Shown here: positions 41,318-54,060 of the stretch, in pieces
Position numbering within the stretch: position 1 is the stretch's first letter
Layout of the letters: each line of letters starts with the position of its first letter
Assembly (NCBI GenBank): GCA_951406725.2
Contig: OX597826.1
Location: 34,720,001-34,784,000 of the forward strand
DNA from: Octopus vulgaris
Lineage: Eukaryota
Length of the DNA: 64,000 nt
Direction of reading: 5' to 3'
Position numbers and translations under genes: made by a program
The notes under the pieces: model-generated
What the model saw: only the letters and a program-made list of their open reading frames with translations
Told to the model about the DNA's origin: nothing
The model's database searches: none

Positions 41318-41367
<50 letters not shown>
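41140..41367. repeat. Compound (TAG)n/(CAG)n microsatellite
   Basis: Direct reading. Confidence 0.96.
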
Positions 41368-41558
41368 TAAGGATAATACTTACCTGGTACTCACTTTGTT
41401 GACCCCGACAGGATGAAACACGAATGTAAATAATGTACATAATTCCTCATCTCTTAAATATAGAACTGGCAAGTAGTTGTCTTGAAAAAATAGAAGTGTT
41501 GTTTTATCCCAATGTTCATACTATTGCTGAAATAATATGAAACATTACAGTAGACTGC

Positions 41559-41944
41559 CCAATTCTGGTTCACGATGATGCAAAGTCACATGTTGCAAGA
41601 ATGGCGCTGGAGAAATACTCAGACTTGGGATACGAGACTTTATCTCATCTTCCATATTCTCCTGATCATTCACCCACTGGCTACGATTTTTAAGGCATTT
41701 AAACACGTTTTTAAGTGATAACACTTTCAGGTCCAAGCCAGAGGTGGAATTAGCTTTCAAAGATCTCTTAGCATCAGAGCCAATAAGTTTTCATCAATGA
41801 GGAATAAATAAACTCGTTGATCGATGGCAGAGATGCATAGACGTTCACGGCTCATATTTTGACTAATCAAAACATTTCTATTTTTAATTTTTCCAGAATA
41901 AAATTGTACTTCTGAAATCGACCGTTATTTTCGGAACAACCTAA
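41559..41944 (+). mobile_element. Decayed mariner 3' part (transposase C-terminus plus 3' TIR)
   Basis: PILVHDDAKSH...HLPYSPDHSP..Y...GINKLVDRWQRCIDVHGSYFD* (HDNA / YSPDLAP motifs) with a frameshift and a stop; ends TTATTTTCGGAACAACCTAA|TA. Confidence 0.88.
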
Positions 41945-42457
41945 TATTTAAATTTATTTGCTTTACTATGCTTTAGTGTGTTTCGGCGAATACATACAAC
42001 AGCAACTGACAAATCTAACTCTAGAAGAATTCCAAATTTTAAATGTTTATTGAGTTTACTTATATTAGATTCTTGTCGATACATAAAATACCATTTAATT
42101 ACTAAATTCATATTAACCTCCCAGTTTCTTTTACTTCCTTACACAACTATAGTCAATTTGGCCTTTTGCCACAAGTAATTGAATTAAACCCTTGCCTTTA
42201 TATTTAATAATCATTCAAAATTATACAACCTTTTAAACTTGTAAGCCATACTTCTTATTACTGATGTCCTGCTTTGTTGCTACATTATTTCAAGTTCATT
42301 TAATGCTGCTCTAAACAATTTATAAGATAACATAAAGCGACCATACGACAGTAAATTAACCGAAAACAAAAACGTATATGAAAGATGATTACACTGAAAT
42401 TTACAGTTGAAGGAAATTAATTGCAAGTCTACATTAATGCAGTTAAAAAAGTTCCTT

Positions 42458-42865
42458 CTTCATTGTTGCACAAGGCCAGCAAATTTGAGGGATGGGGAAG
42501 TCGGTAATATCGACACCAGTCCTCAACTAGTAATTATTTTATCGAGCTGGAATAGATGAACGGCAAAGTCAACCCCAGTGGGAGTTGTACTCTCAACGTA
42601 AATCCGGAAAATGTCCCGCTAAGTATTTTGTCCGGTGTACTTGATTCTGCATGTTTAAACGAGAGTTTCAAATTCTAACACAGAGTCAGAGTCTTTGAGG
42701 AGAGGTTGAAGCCAGTTACACGGACGCTAGTACTTGCCTGGTACTCACTTTGTTGACCCCGACAGAATGAAGCACGAAATCGATCTCGGCGGAATTATTT
42801 TTTAGAACGCAAAGCTGCTAAGCATGTTGTCCGGTGTGTGAACGCTTGTGCCTGTTCACTGCTGT
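42458..42865 (-). mobile_element. Two tandem decayed SINE family B variant copies
   Basis: GCACAAGGCCAGCAAATTT tail, GATGAA.GGCAAAGTC core and GCTAAG.A..TTGTCCGGTG head remnants, twice. Confidence 0.65.
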
Positions 42866-42987
42866 TTTAATAAAGCCAAACAATAAAGGAAAATACGAGA
42901 CAATTTTTTTTTTTACTTACAAGTTTCATAAAGATCTGATCATGGTCTAAATCATACTCCGAAGCATCCACTTCCATACACTTTTAA

Positions 42988-43206
42988 TTACTCTTTACTC
43001 TTTTACTCCTGTACTTGTTTCAGTCATTTGACTGCGGCCATGCTGGAGCACCGCCTTTAGTCGAGCAAATCGACCCCGGGACTTATTCTTTGTAAGCCCA
43101 GTACTTATTCTATCGGTCTCTTTTACAGAACTGCTAAGTGACGGGGACGTAAACACACCAGCATCGGTTGTCAATCAATGCTAGAGGGACAAACACAGAC
43201 ACACAA

Positions 43207-43281
<75 letters not shown>

Positions 43282-43441
43282 TACGACAGGCTTCTTTCAG
43301 TTTCCATCTACCAAATCCACTCACAACGCTTTGGTCGACCCGAGGCTATAGCAGAAGACACTTGCCCAAGGTGCCACGCGGTGGGACTGAACCTAGAACC
43401 ATGTGGTTGGTTAGCAAGCTACTTACCACACAGCCACTCCT
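42988..43441 (-). mobile_element. SINE family A, near full-length
   Basis: Reverse complement of family A; highly similar to 22598-22994. Confidence 0.92.
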
Positions 43442-43895
43442 TTACATTATTTAATATAAATAAAAATTTCTCCATATATTCCAGACTACTCGAAACAACA
43501 AGATATAAAATTACACATTACATATTACATATTTTTCTGATATAAACCAAACCTCTAAAATGTATTAGAATTTCAACATATACAAGATGATCTTATTTGC
43601 ACAATATGGTTTTTAATCAACAGAAAATTTTTAATTTAGATGTTTGCAGCACATATCACCGATGTAGCACAAACCTTTTGAAAACAGAATGCTATTTTAA
43701 GAAAGACATGCTTGTATTCGGTGATGTTCCCACAATAATATAATTATATTTCGAAGAGCTCTTTATGCCATCTTTAAAACTTCTGCCATCATATACATGC
43801 ATACATACATACATACATACATGCATATATATATATATATATATATATGAATATAAATATATGAACATATATTTACATACATGTATGTATATATT

Positions 43896-43930
<35 letters not shown>

Positions 43931-43940
43931 TGAGAGAGAG

Positions 43941-44055
<115 letters not shown>

Positions 44056-44833
44056 GAGAGAGATGTTTTATAAAAGTGGTGATATTAAGACTTTAATAGA
44101 ACCACAATAGCCATAAGTGATGGAAATATAATAATTTACCACTTCTGTTTTGTTCCTGTGAGAATTTTCGACTCTGATGTTATTAAAGCATTTCTCCTTC
44201 AAAATAATATTTTGCATTCCGCTGAATTCACGTTGTTTATAATAAGTGTTATAACTTGCCTAACTACAGATTTAACTGACGTCGCTTATATGGTGTGTAT
44301 AGCTACAAACTAAATGAAAATCACTTCTCTGGTTTTGCATACTACGACGTTTCGTGAGATTGAAACAATCACTGCTCCTGCAACTGTCATGATGAATATT
44401 ATGAAGCAAAGAAACTACATTTCTGCATTAAGTGTAGATAATCCGTAAAACGCAGATTTACGTTTATGAGCAATGTCAAATTAAAAGATGTTTCAGAAAA
44501 TGAGAGAAGGAAAAAAATATTTCAAACATGATGTAAAAATGTATCTACAGGAATATAAAAATGCATATTTAATACAAAATTTTGGAGAGGGTTATTCATC
44601 GAAAGAAGCTCAATCCGTCAAAAAATACACACCGTTAAATACGAACGAACAATTCAATGATTGCTAATTGATATACTACGAAGAGGTGACAGTAAATTTC
44701 CTTTAAATATGTCACTGTGTATTTGTGAAATATTGAAATGTAAAAGGCAATAAAAGGTATAGATTACGAGAGGAGCATTACATATATATATATAGTATTC
44801 TATGGTCTTAACCGTTCTCCTCATATACCCATT

Positions 44834-44876
<43 letters not shown>

Positions 44877-44980
44877 TACATATACATACATACATATATA
44901 TACATATGTATATATATATTTGTATATGCGTGCGTTCACGCGTGTATATATATATATATGTATGTATATATGTATGTATA

Positions 44981-45038
<58 letters not shown>

Positions 45039-45047
45039 CGCACACGC

Positions 45048-45092
<45 letters not shown>

Positions 45093-46405
45093 CATATACA
45101 CTCACACACACACACACACATATATACATACATATAAACAGAAATAGCAGATGGAAGGATAGATTATATATATATATGTGCGTGTCTGTGTCTGTGTGTG
45201 TGCGTGTATTTCAGCGTGCGTGTGTGTGTGTGTGCATGTATGTATGCACCTATGTATCTATGCATGTATATGCATATATAGGTGTTCAGAAATCTTGTTT
45301 ATGAATTTATGTTTAAAGTGTAACTCTTCCGTAGTCTATTAGATTCCTTACAGGCTAAAATCTATAATGTTTTATGACTTGACTTAGGGGAATTAAGTAA
45401 AAGAGAAGTCTATTTACTACTTCGTCTTCTTAAAAATCTAATTACTTTATTTCTTCAGAAATAAATAAATAAATAAATACAATAAGTGATTCAATTCATA
45501 CAAATATATTATTATTAACAAACGTAGAAACAAATATACGAAAACAATAATCTAGAAAGGAATATAATAAATTTAAACGAAATAAATAAGCATAAAAATA
45601 AATCATAATTGTTTCATAAGAATGTGCCATTTATTATTTTATGGCTGGTTTAGCAATAATAGTATTGCAGAGAATCGGAGGAGTAAAAGAGAGAAAAGAC
45701 GGGAAAATATTTTTCAATTTCTAATTGCGGAAAAGACAATACACACACACTCACGAAATGCTCATAAAGAAAGATTCTTATAAGCGAATAAAAAAATAAT
45801 AGTCTGACAAATTAAATTTAAAATATCATATATAAGTTATTAGTGTTCTATTAGGTTTTGCACAGTTTTAGGTAGACGGTTGTTTTATCTATTTTCAGTT
45901 TTTGTTGTGTTTTTTGGTTGATATATTTTTTTTAAATTCAATAATTACTGGAAAAAGATAGATGCCAGCTTGGAAGAATATAAATAATTTAAGAATCTTT
46001 AATAAGATTTAGTATTGCTGTTTCCTAAATAGATTTCTCGCTGCGCTGTTTTGGATACAAAGCGATAGAAAACCAGCAGCACGTTGATGAACACTGTTAA
46101 ATTTTCTTGGAATATGCATACTTCCACGCTCCTGCACAAACGTATACACACACATATACACACACGCACACACATCTATGAAGATATATACACTTGTGTA
46201 TGCATATACATTTTTATATGACACATATACACATCTATTATCTTTATGTATACATATATGTATGTGCATGTCTACAGCTTTTCTATATTTATGGATATTT
46301 GTATCACATTTATATATATTTAGAATAATTATTTAGGCATGCACAATAACAAACGTACTCACACGCCTACGCATATGGATGTACGCATGCATGTATGTAT
46401 GTATG

Positions 46406-46450
<45 letters not shown>

Positions 46451-46457
46451 CAGTCTG

Positions 46458-46495
<38 letters not shown>

Positions 46496-46506
46496 TATGT
46501 ATATAT

Positions 46507-46743
46507 GCAGGAGTGGCTGTGTGGTAAGTATATTGCTAACCCATCACATGGTTCCGGGTTCAGACCAACTGCGAGTGTCTTCTGCTATAGCCTCGGGCCG
46601 ACCAAAGCCTTGTGAGTGAATTTGGTAGATAGAAACTAAAAGCCCGTCGTAGATATATCTGTGTGTGTGTGTGTGTGTGTGTGTCCGTGTTTGTCCTTCA
46701 TTAGCCGATGCTGGTGTCTTTACGTCCCCGTAACATAGCGGTT
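46507..46743 (+). mobile_element. SINE family A, 3'-truncated with internal deletions
   Basis: GCAGGAGTGGCTGTGTGGTAAG head; TATAGCCTCGGGCCGACCAAAGCCTTGTGAGTG body. Confidence 0.85.
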
Positions 46744-47497
46744 AAAATCAGCATCACCCTCACAATAATCTTCATCGTTTTTCCCGTCGTCAGCGTCACA
46801 TGAACCTCTTTGTCGTCATCATCATTATCACACTCCTCATCGTTTCGATCTTAAGCCATGTTGATATTCTTCAAAATGGACACTTTTCTAAATCATTTAA
46901 ATAACGAGATCTCAAATAATTAATTATTGATCAAAATGTCTATTTAGGGTTCTTTGCTTCCAGTTTTTACAATTCTCTTGGTTCCTTGTTCAAATCCCAG
47001 AGGGGTCAACTTTTCATTTTATAAGGAGAGAGTAGGGCATACATCCTTACCCGCCACATATCGTGGGTTTGTACAAATTAAAAAGCTATTGATTATAAAA
47101 TTCCGATAATAAGATTTGTGTCTTGTTTTTGGTGATGCTGGTGGTGATGTTGATGGTGTATTGTCGGTAAAGCTGAACAGACTCAACGACAATAATTGGT
47201 GGAAGAATAATAATCTGTTTTGGGGCCGAAAAAATAGGAGACACAAAGAGGGAAAGAGAGAGCGAGAGAGGCAGAAAGAGGGAGAAGATAGAGAGAGAAA
47301 CACACAGAGAGAATGAGATTAGACCGAAAAGTGAGAAGTGATTTCAGAAGGGAAATATAAAGCGAAGGCGTAAAAGAGGTCAGCGATGTAGGAAGTAATG
47401 TGGTGAAGTTGAAAGACAGATGAAAGATGAAAATCAATTGGTAGTGTGAGAGAAGAATGGAAATCGTAAGATTACAATACAATGAACAGAGCGATAG

Positions 47498-47541
<44 letters not shown>

Positions 47542-47665
47542 TTCACACAACGACAGAGAGATACATAGAAAGGGGGAGAAGAGACAGCGACAGAGAAAGA
47601 GAGAGAGACATAGAAAAAGGGAGCGACACAGCGACAGAGCAAGAGGGAGAGAGAGATAAAGTGAC

Positions 47666-47706
<41 letters not shown>

Positions 47707-47860
47707 GCAATGGGGGTAGAGAGACACACAGCGACTGAGAAAGAGAGAGACTGAAATATTATCGAATCTTTGAAGAGATATTAAGGGGAAAAATGAATCC
47801 AATAAAAGTTTAAATGCGGGACAGGGATTGGATAAAACGTGAAGGAAGAAATGCATTATT

Positions 47861-48362
47861 AGTTTCAAATATTGGTACAAGGTCAGCAATTTTGAGAGAA
47901 TGGAGTCAGTCGATTCACTCTAGTGCTCAATTGGTCCTTATTTATCGACCCCGAAAGGATGAAAGGCAAAGTCGATCACGGCAGAATTTGAACTCAGAAT
48001 GTAAAGACGAAAAAATGCTGCTGAGCCTTTTCGTTCTGCGTGATAATGGTTCTGCCATTGAAAAATATCTTTGTAATATTACTCTGAAGAAATAGGCAGC
48101 GAGCTGGAAGAATCGCTGATGAGCTGGGTTTGGCATTATTTCCCTGAATTTCAGTCTTTGAATTCCAATGTCACTGGGGTTGACTTTATTGTCTGTTTTC
48201 TTTAAGGCCGAAGCGTTAGCACACCGCACAAAATGCTTGGTGGCATGTCGACTTTGCTTTTCAATATTTCGTGGTCCATTAAAATAAGTACCTGTTGAAT
48301 GCTGGGATCGATGTACTCGTCTTGTCCCCTTTTCCAAAGTTGTGTCAAATATTAGAACCAAT
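47861..48362. mobile_element. Head-to-head inverted pair of SINE family B copies (47861-48057 minus, 48095-48362 plus)
   Basis: Family B cores in opposite orientation, about 40 bp apart. Confidence 0.72.
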
Positions 48363-48981
48363 ATTAAAAAGATAATCAAAGTCAGGGAGAGTAATAATTA
48401 TTTGTTATTTGTAGGTTAACTGAAATAATAATCTGATTTAATTTGAAACGGTTGAACGCTCAAAACTTCAGAAACGTCGTACGTAGTGTTGATCTATATC
48501 GAGGTGAAAATGCGACTCGATTTTAAGGCAGAAGAGAATTGCATGAAATCAACCTACGGAGTACAAGAGTTTATCTATCACAGAATTGTGAAAGGCTTTG
48601 TAGAACTGAGTCGAATTGGAAATCTGCATGGAAAGAAATATAAGTGTATGCTGCAAGTCATTTCAGTGAACGCAATGCTGATCGTAAAAATCCAACACAA
48701 ATCAAGTACAATTTTAATAGTAAGAGAAAAAAAATGTTTATCTTACATTGCCTAAGTACAAATGAATGTAGACTTTGATAATATATTTAAAAGTGATGTT
48801 ATCCGACGTTGGAAGCAGCTGCTTCAAACTACAAGTCTCTAGTGACGCCATAGGACTAATAAAAGTAATAATTTCCCCTTGTCTCTGTATCCACATACAT
48901 ACACACATACATTCATATATGAATATACGTATATATACGTACTCAAATATACATATATATATATACGCACACACAAACACA

Positions 48982-49045
<64 letters not shown>

Positions 49046-49897
49046 GTATAAGTGGAAGAGGGAGGTACAGAAGGGTACTGCAGTGAGAACAGGTGATCCA
49101 GGTATGTATAAGTACATGTGCTCACTCGCGTGCGTGCGAGTCTAATATCAAACTTTCTATCTAGTCTCTCTCTCTCCCTCTCCCCCTCTCTCTATCTTCT
49201 ATTCATCTCTATGACTCTTTGCTATTCTCTCTACCCATCATTAGCTACTCGCTCTATCTCTCTGTTTTTCTCTCCACTCCATCTTTGGAATCAGGTGACC
49301 ATTCCGTTTCTTCAAGCATCAATTCTTTCTCTGATTCACTGCTGACTTCGTCTGTTATGCTTACTTCAAATCTTGCCATACCATTCTACTTTTATTTCTA
49401 ACATATCTTTCTGTCTTTCTTCTGCAGTCCTCAGGGGCAACATCCTAAAAATTTCTGAGGGTTCTTGAAAGAATCGGATACTTGAATGATGTGCACCAGG
49501 TAGGGTTGAGTTAACTTGTGATCACCAGCTTTAGTTGAATAAATATCCCGAATAATATACAAGTTTTTGCACACACAGGTAAAAACACGGATAGGCGTGT
49601 TCCACTGCGTTCATGAAGTGTTCTTGTATTGTTTTGAAAATATACGTATCATCTGACGAATACGGTTTTATGCAATGATATAAGGTACTAATTCACCTAA
49701 TAAAAAATGCGTAAGAAACAACTGTAATAAACTGACATTGCCTCAGACTTGCAAAGCAAAAGGAAAAAGGTTTTTGACGTTTCGGAAATTAAAGATCTTC
49801 AACAGAGAAAGGAAGGAAGAAGAGTGGTTGAAAGAAGGAACGAAGAATAGCGGAGTGTTAGTGGCAAAGTAAGAATCTGGCAACCTCATACATATGT

Positions 49898-49934
<37 letters not shown>

Positions 49935-49998
49935 TGTGTGTGTGTGTGTGTGTGTATGTATTTATGTAGAGAGGGAGAGAGAGAAAGAGAGTGATTTG

Positions 49999-50179
49999 GT
50001 AAATAAGTAACAGGGATGTACATGTGTCAATTCATTACGGCCGTTTCGAGCGGCTCCATTTAATGGATCAATGGAGACATTACATCAAATTGATGTAATG
50101 TTTGCATTGATCAATTAAATGTAGCCACTTGAAACAACCGTAATGTATTCACACATGTACATTCTTGTTACTTATTTAC
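49999..50179. repeat. 181-bp palindrome: 90-bp arms, 1-nt spacer at 50089, 78/90 matches, no indels
   Basis: Manual alignment of GTAAATAAGTAACAGGGATGTACATGTG... with the reverse complement of ...CACATGTACATTCTTGTTACTTATTTAC. Confidence 0.96.
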
Positions 50180-50263
50180 TTTCTGTTCACCTACCTTGGA
50201 GCTGTGTGGACTATATCGAAATGCCAAGGTGCCTCGATTTAAGTACTTAATTCAACTGAATAT

Positions 50264-50310
<47 letters not shown>

Positions 50311-50830
50311 ATATGTGTGTGTGTGGTGGGGTGCACACATAAAAATATGTGGTGATTATGTAAGGATTAACAGGAGAAATGTGTTATAAATAACTACATT
50401 TTTTTGCCGAGATGGCATATATTTGTACCACATGAAAATCTATATATTCTTTCGATTTCAGCAATTGATCTACAAGAAACGTCTCAAATAATCCAATGAT
50501 GTTGGTTAAGATATGTCAGGTAGGTTCAGCTGTATTTGTTGACGTCTAAATCATAGGAATATTGCCTTTTTGTTGGAGGAAGAAAACAAAATCAATGTGA
50601 CAATTCTTTGCGATCTTCCAAGTAAAGAGAAGGTAATTCGGAGGCATTAAGTATTAATTTCATAGAAAATTGAATTTTCATTCTTAGGAGGAAACTTTGA
50701 TCTAAGTCAGCAGGCGAAGAGGCAACATACATTATCAGCTGGATTCGGTTTGCGTGCATTTATGTTCTCGCACGTATTTCCGCCCACTCGGCCAAACGCA
50801 TACACTAACTCAGAAATATTATACCTATCC

Positions 50831-51060
50831 GGCGGCGAGCTGGCAGAAACGTTAACACACCGGGCGAAATGCTTAGCGGTATTGCGTCTGTCGTTGCGTT
50901 CTGAGTTCAAATTCCGCCGAGGTCGACTTTGCCTTTCATCCTTTCGGGGTCGATAAATTAAGTACCAGTTACGCACTGGGGTCGATGTAATCGACTTAAT
51001 CCGTTTGTCTGTCCTTGTTTGTCCCCTCTATGTTTAGCCCCTTGTGGGCAATAAAGAAAC
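50831..51060 (+). mobile_element. Intact SINE family B copy with a perfect 17-bp TSD
   Basis: AAATATTATACCTATCC at 50814-50830 and 51061-51077; head GGCGGCGAGCTGGCAGAA, B-box GAGTTCAAATTCC, tail AATAAAGAAA. Confidence 0.95.
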
Positions 51061-51227
51061 AAATATTATACCTATCCAGCCAGACACATGTCCCTTTCAA
51101 AACTCTGCATATGTGTGTGTGCACGCGTGCGTGCGTGTGTGTTTGTATTTTGTACATAGATATATACACACATAGCAGTAATACAGGAGTGGGATTGTAG
51201 AAATATGATTCTGATTATGCAGTAGTA

Positions 51228-51470
51228 TTAATTTTATCACGTGCTTTTACTGCACTACCGCGTGCAGCTGTGTGTACCTTGGGTATGTGCTATGTTTTGT
51301 TGCTGTGCTCATATTTTCACTGTATTGAAATTGTTTTACGTAGGAGGTGTGCGGTGCCTAGTAGTGCTATTTTCTGTATGTTATAAATACTTGTTAGTCC
51401 TGGTGTCTTTGTTATGTATTTGTCTGAATATCTTTTATCATACCTAATGCAACTACTATAATAAGATTTG
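51228..51470 (-). mobile_element. R4/Dong-clade LINE 3' fragment (older copy)
   Basis: Minus strand encodes ..YSDKYITKTPGLTSIYNIQKIALLGTAHLLRKTISIQ*; homologous to 53389-53597. Confidence 0.8.
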
Positions 51471-52646
51471 CTGCTGTTTTTAGGTTCCCCGTTCGAGTTA
51501 CTTCTATTTCCAGATCTTTGTATTTTGAAAGTTTCACCATTTCTTTTAGAGAAACGTTGTCATCTGTTGCTATTTATACATCGATTACAATGTATTTCTT
51601 CTTATTATTATGATTATTATTGTTGATGTTGTTATTGTTATTTGTCAATCGACACGTTTCACACAACGCTGCGTAAGTTTTGCTATTACTCCTATTGTTA
51701 TACATTGTTTTACATTGTACATTTGTTATCGCTACTTAGTTAATCAAAGCAGGACCTTGGAGAACTGGTTAGTTCTTTCCAATTTGTAACCCTTGTGATC
51801 TATTTTGGGATTTGTTTGGGTTACAGCGCCTACCTTTTTTTTCGCTAACATCAAAGATGGCGAACTAGTAAAGTCTGTCTGTTAAAAAGAACAGCGGGAT
51901 ATTAACAAGACAGAACAGCCAAGTTGAGCAAGAGAGCAACAACAACATCAACAACAACAACAGCACACGTGGAACGTATGAAAATGTATTCCCTTTGCTT
52001 CTTTTCTTTCTCTTTACTACTGCAGAAACAAAAGAAAATTATAAACACCAACAGCAAAAGTGAAAACACTACCATCTCCACCGCTACCACCAGTGCCAGC
52101 AGCAGCAGTAGTAGTGGTAGCGACATCAACAATACGTGAGATAGCAACAGTAGCAGTAGCGATAGAAACAACAAGGATAACAAAAGCGTCACCAAGAGCA
52201 ACAACACTAACCAGAACAATGCCAACAACAACAGCAGCAGCAACAACAACAACAACGATGCCAATATTACCAACAATAGCAAGAACACGTTTGCAGTGGC
52301 AGCAGCCAAAACGACACCGCGATTCAGTCTAGACTTCACAAACAAAAATGAAAAATTTACCCAAGCCTGGAAACTCATCAAACACGGGCAAACCTGGGCC
52401 AATCTAACCGTCCGGCAGAAATGATTGAAGCAGTGGAAAGAACGGTACATCGCAGATGCATCTAAGCAGGGACAAAAAAGCGACTTTAATAACACATGCA
52501 GGTATTGAAACTGCGCTGAGATGTATCAAGGTTGACACCGAGTACATAGCAAGGGGTAGAAAATACGGTACAATCTTGGTCTCCTATATGTCGGCCCTAG
52601 GGGACAATATATGAAATAATGATTATTATTTTTATAAATGAAATTA

Positions 52647-52699
<53 letters not shown>

Positions 52700-52767
52700 G
52701 TTATTATTATTATTATATTGCTGTTGTTGTTGTTGTTATTTTTATTATTGTTGCTGCTGTTGTTATT

Positions 52768-53306
52768 GAGTGAGAAAGCAGAGCATACCATCAAAGTCAA
52801 AGTAAGGTATACGAAGCCCAGTATACCCATCATGACTACCCGCCTGATAAGGATGCACCAGGTACATGCATCCTAACCACGTGTTCGCGACATAGTGATC
52901 TCATATCAAGATAAACAGGTGGGGGCCCATTTTCTTGTTTCATCGGTTGGAGTAGCCCGTCCCACTCAAATAGTCCTTGAATAAGGTTTGTTTAAGGATG
53001 ATGAACAAAACAACCATGTTTCCAGAAGTGAATATTTCAGACTCCAAAGAATGCCTCTTAACACATGGCTATGATGCTCCCCCGCTACTTCTGCTCGTGA
53101 TCAGAGATACATATATCGTCAGCCACTACAAGATATGCTCAACTGGTTAAGGTTAGACAACTGACAAGAAAATTCGTGGTATAGAGCAGAAATATTGCTG
53201 TAGCCAATCTTTTATACCAAGGCAAAATAATATACATGATAGCACTTCCATTCAGTTAAGATCAGAAGCTATGACAGCCACTACGTGATACTGCATAAGG
53301 GCATTT
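52768..53306. mobile_element. Unclassified ~540-bp non-coding island bounded by (ATT)n-rich tracts on both sides
   Basis: Sharp boundaries against the microsatellite, no TIR, no meaningful ORF. From memory it resembles a repeat frequent in Octopus sequence. Confidence 0.55.
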
Positions 53307-53322
53307 ATTATAATTAGTATTA

Positions 53323-53383
<61 letters not shown>

Positions 53384-53388
53384 CATTA

Positions 53389-53594
53389 TTTTTTTTTTTT
53401 CATAGCGTGTTTTCACTTCACTACCGAGCGCAGCTCTGTGTGCCTTGGGTATGTGCTGTGATTTGTTGTGATGCTCTGATGGTTATTGTATGGAAAGTGT
53501 TCTGCGTAGGATGTGTGTAGTGCCTAGTAGTGCAATTTTCTGTATGTTATATGTGTTTGTAAGTCCTGGTGTTTTTATTATGTATTTGTCTGAA

Positions 53595-53597
<3 letters not shown>
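53389..53597 (-). mobile_element. R4/Dong-clade LINE, extreme 5'-truncated insertion in (TAA)n with a poly(A) tail
   Basis: Minus strand YSDKYIIKTPGLTNTYNIQKIALLGTTHILRRTLSIQ* (stop 53483-53485), 3' UTR, A12, then (TAA)n. Confidence 0.85.
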
Positions 53598-53667
<70 letters not shown>

Positions 53668-53678
53668 CATCATCATCA

Positions 53679-53714
<36 letters not shown>

Positions 53715-53747
53715 CTATTATTATTATTATCATCATCATCATCATCA

Positions 53748-53784
<37 letters not shown>

Positions 53785-53849
53785 CATCATCATCATCATT
53801 ATTATTATTATTACTATTAATGCTATTATTATTATTATCATCATCATCA

Positions 53850-53901
<52 letters not shown>

Positions 53902-53987
53902 CATTATTATTATTATTATCATCATCGTCATCATTATTATTATTATTTTTATTATTATTAATGCTATTATTATTATTATCATCATCA

Positions 53988-54049
<62 letters not shown>

Positions 54050-54060
54050 GTTATTATCAT

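Noticed and set aside
41376-41387. ATACTTACCTGG, identical to the U1 snRNA 5' end
   Set aside because: Only 12 nt match; the downstream sequence is SINE-derived, with no U1 stem-loops or Sm site.
51902-52495. 197-aa Leu/Val-rich ORF resembling a membrane protein
   Set aside because: Derived from degenerate (CAA)/(CAG) repeats on the opposite strand.
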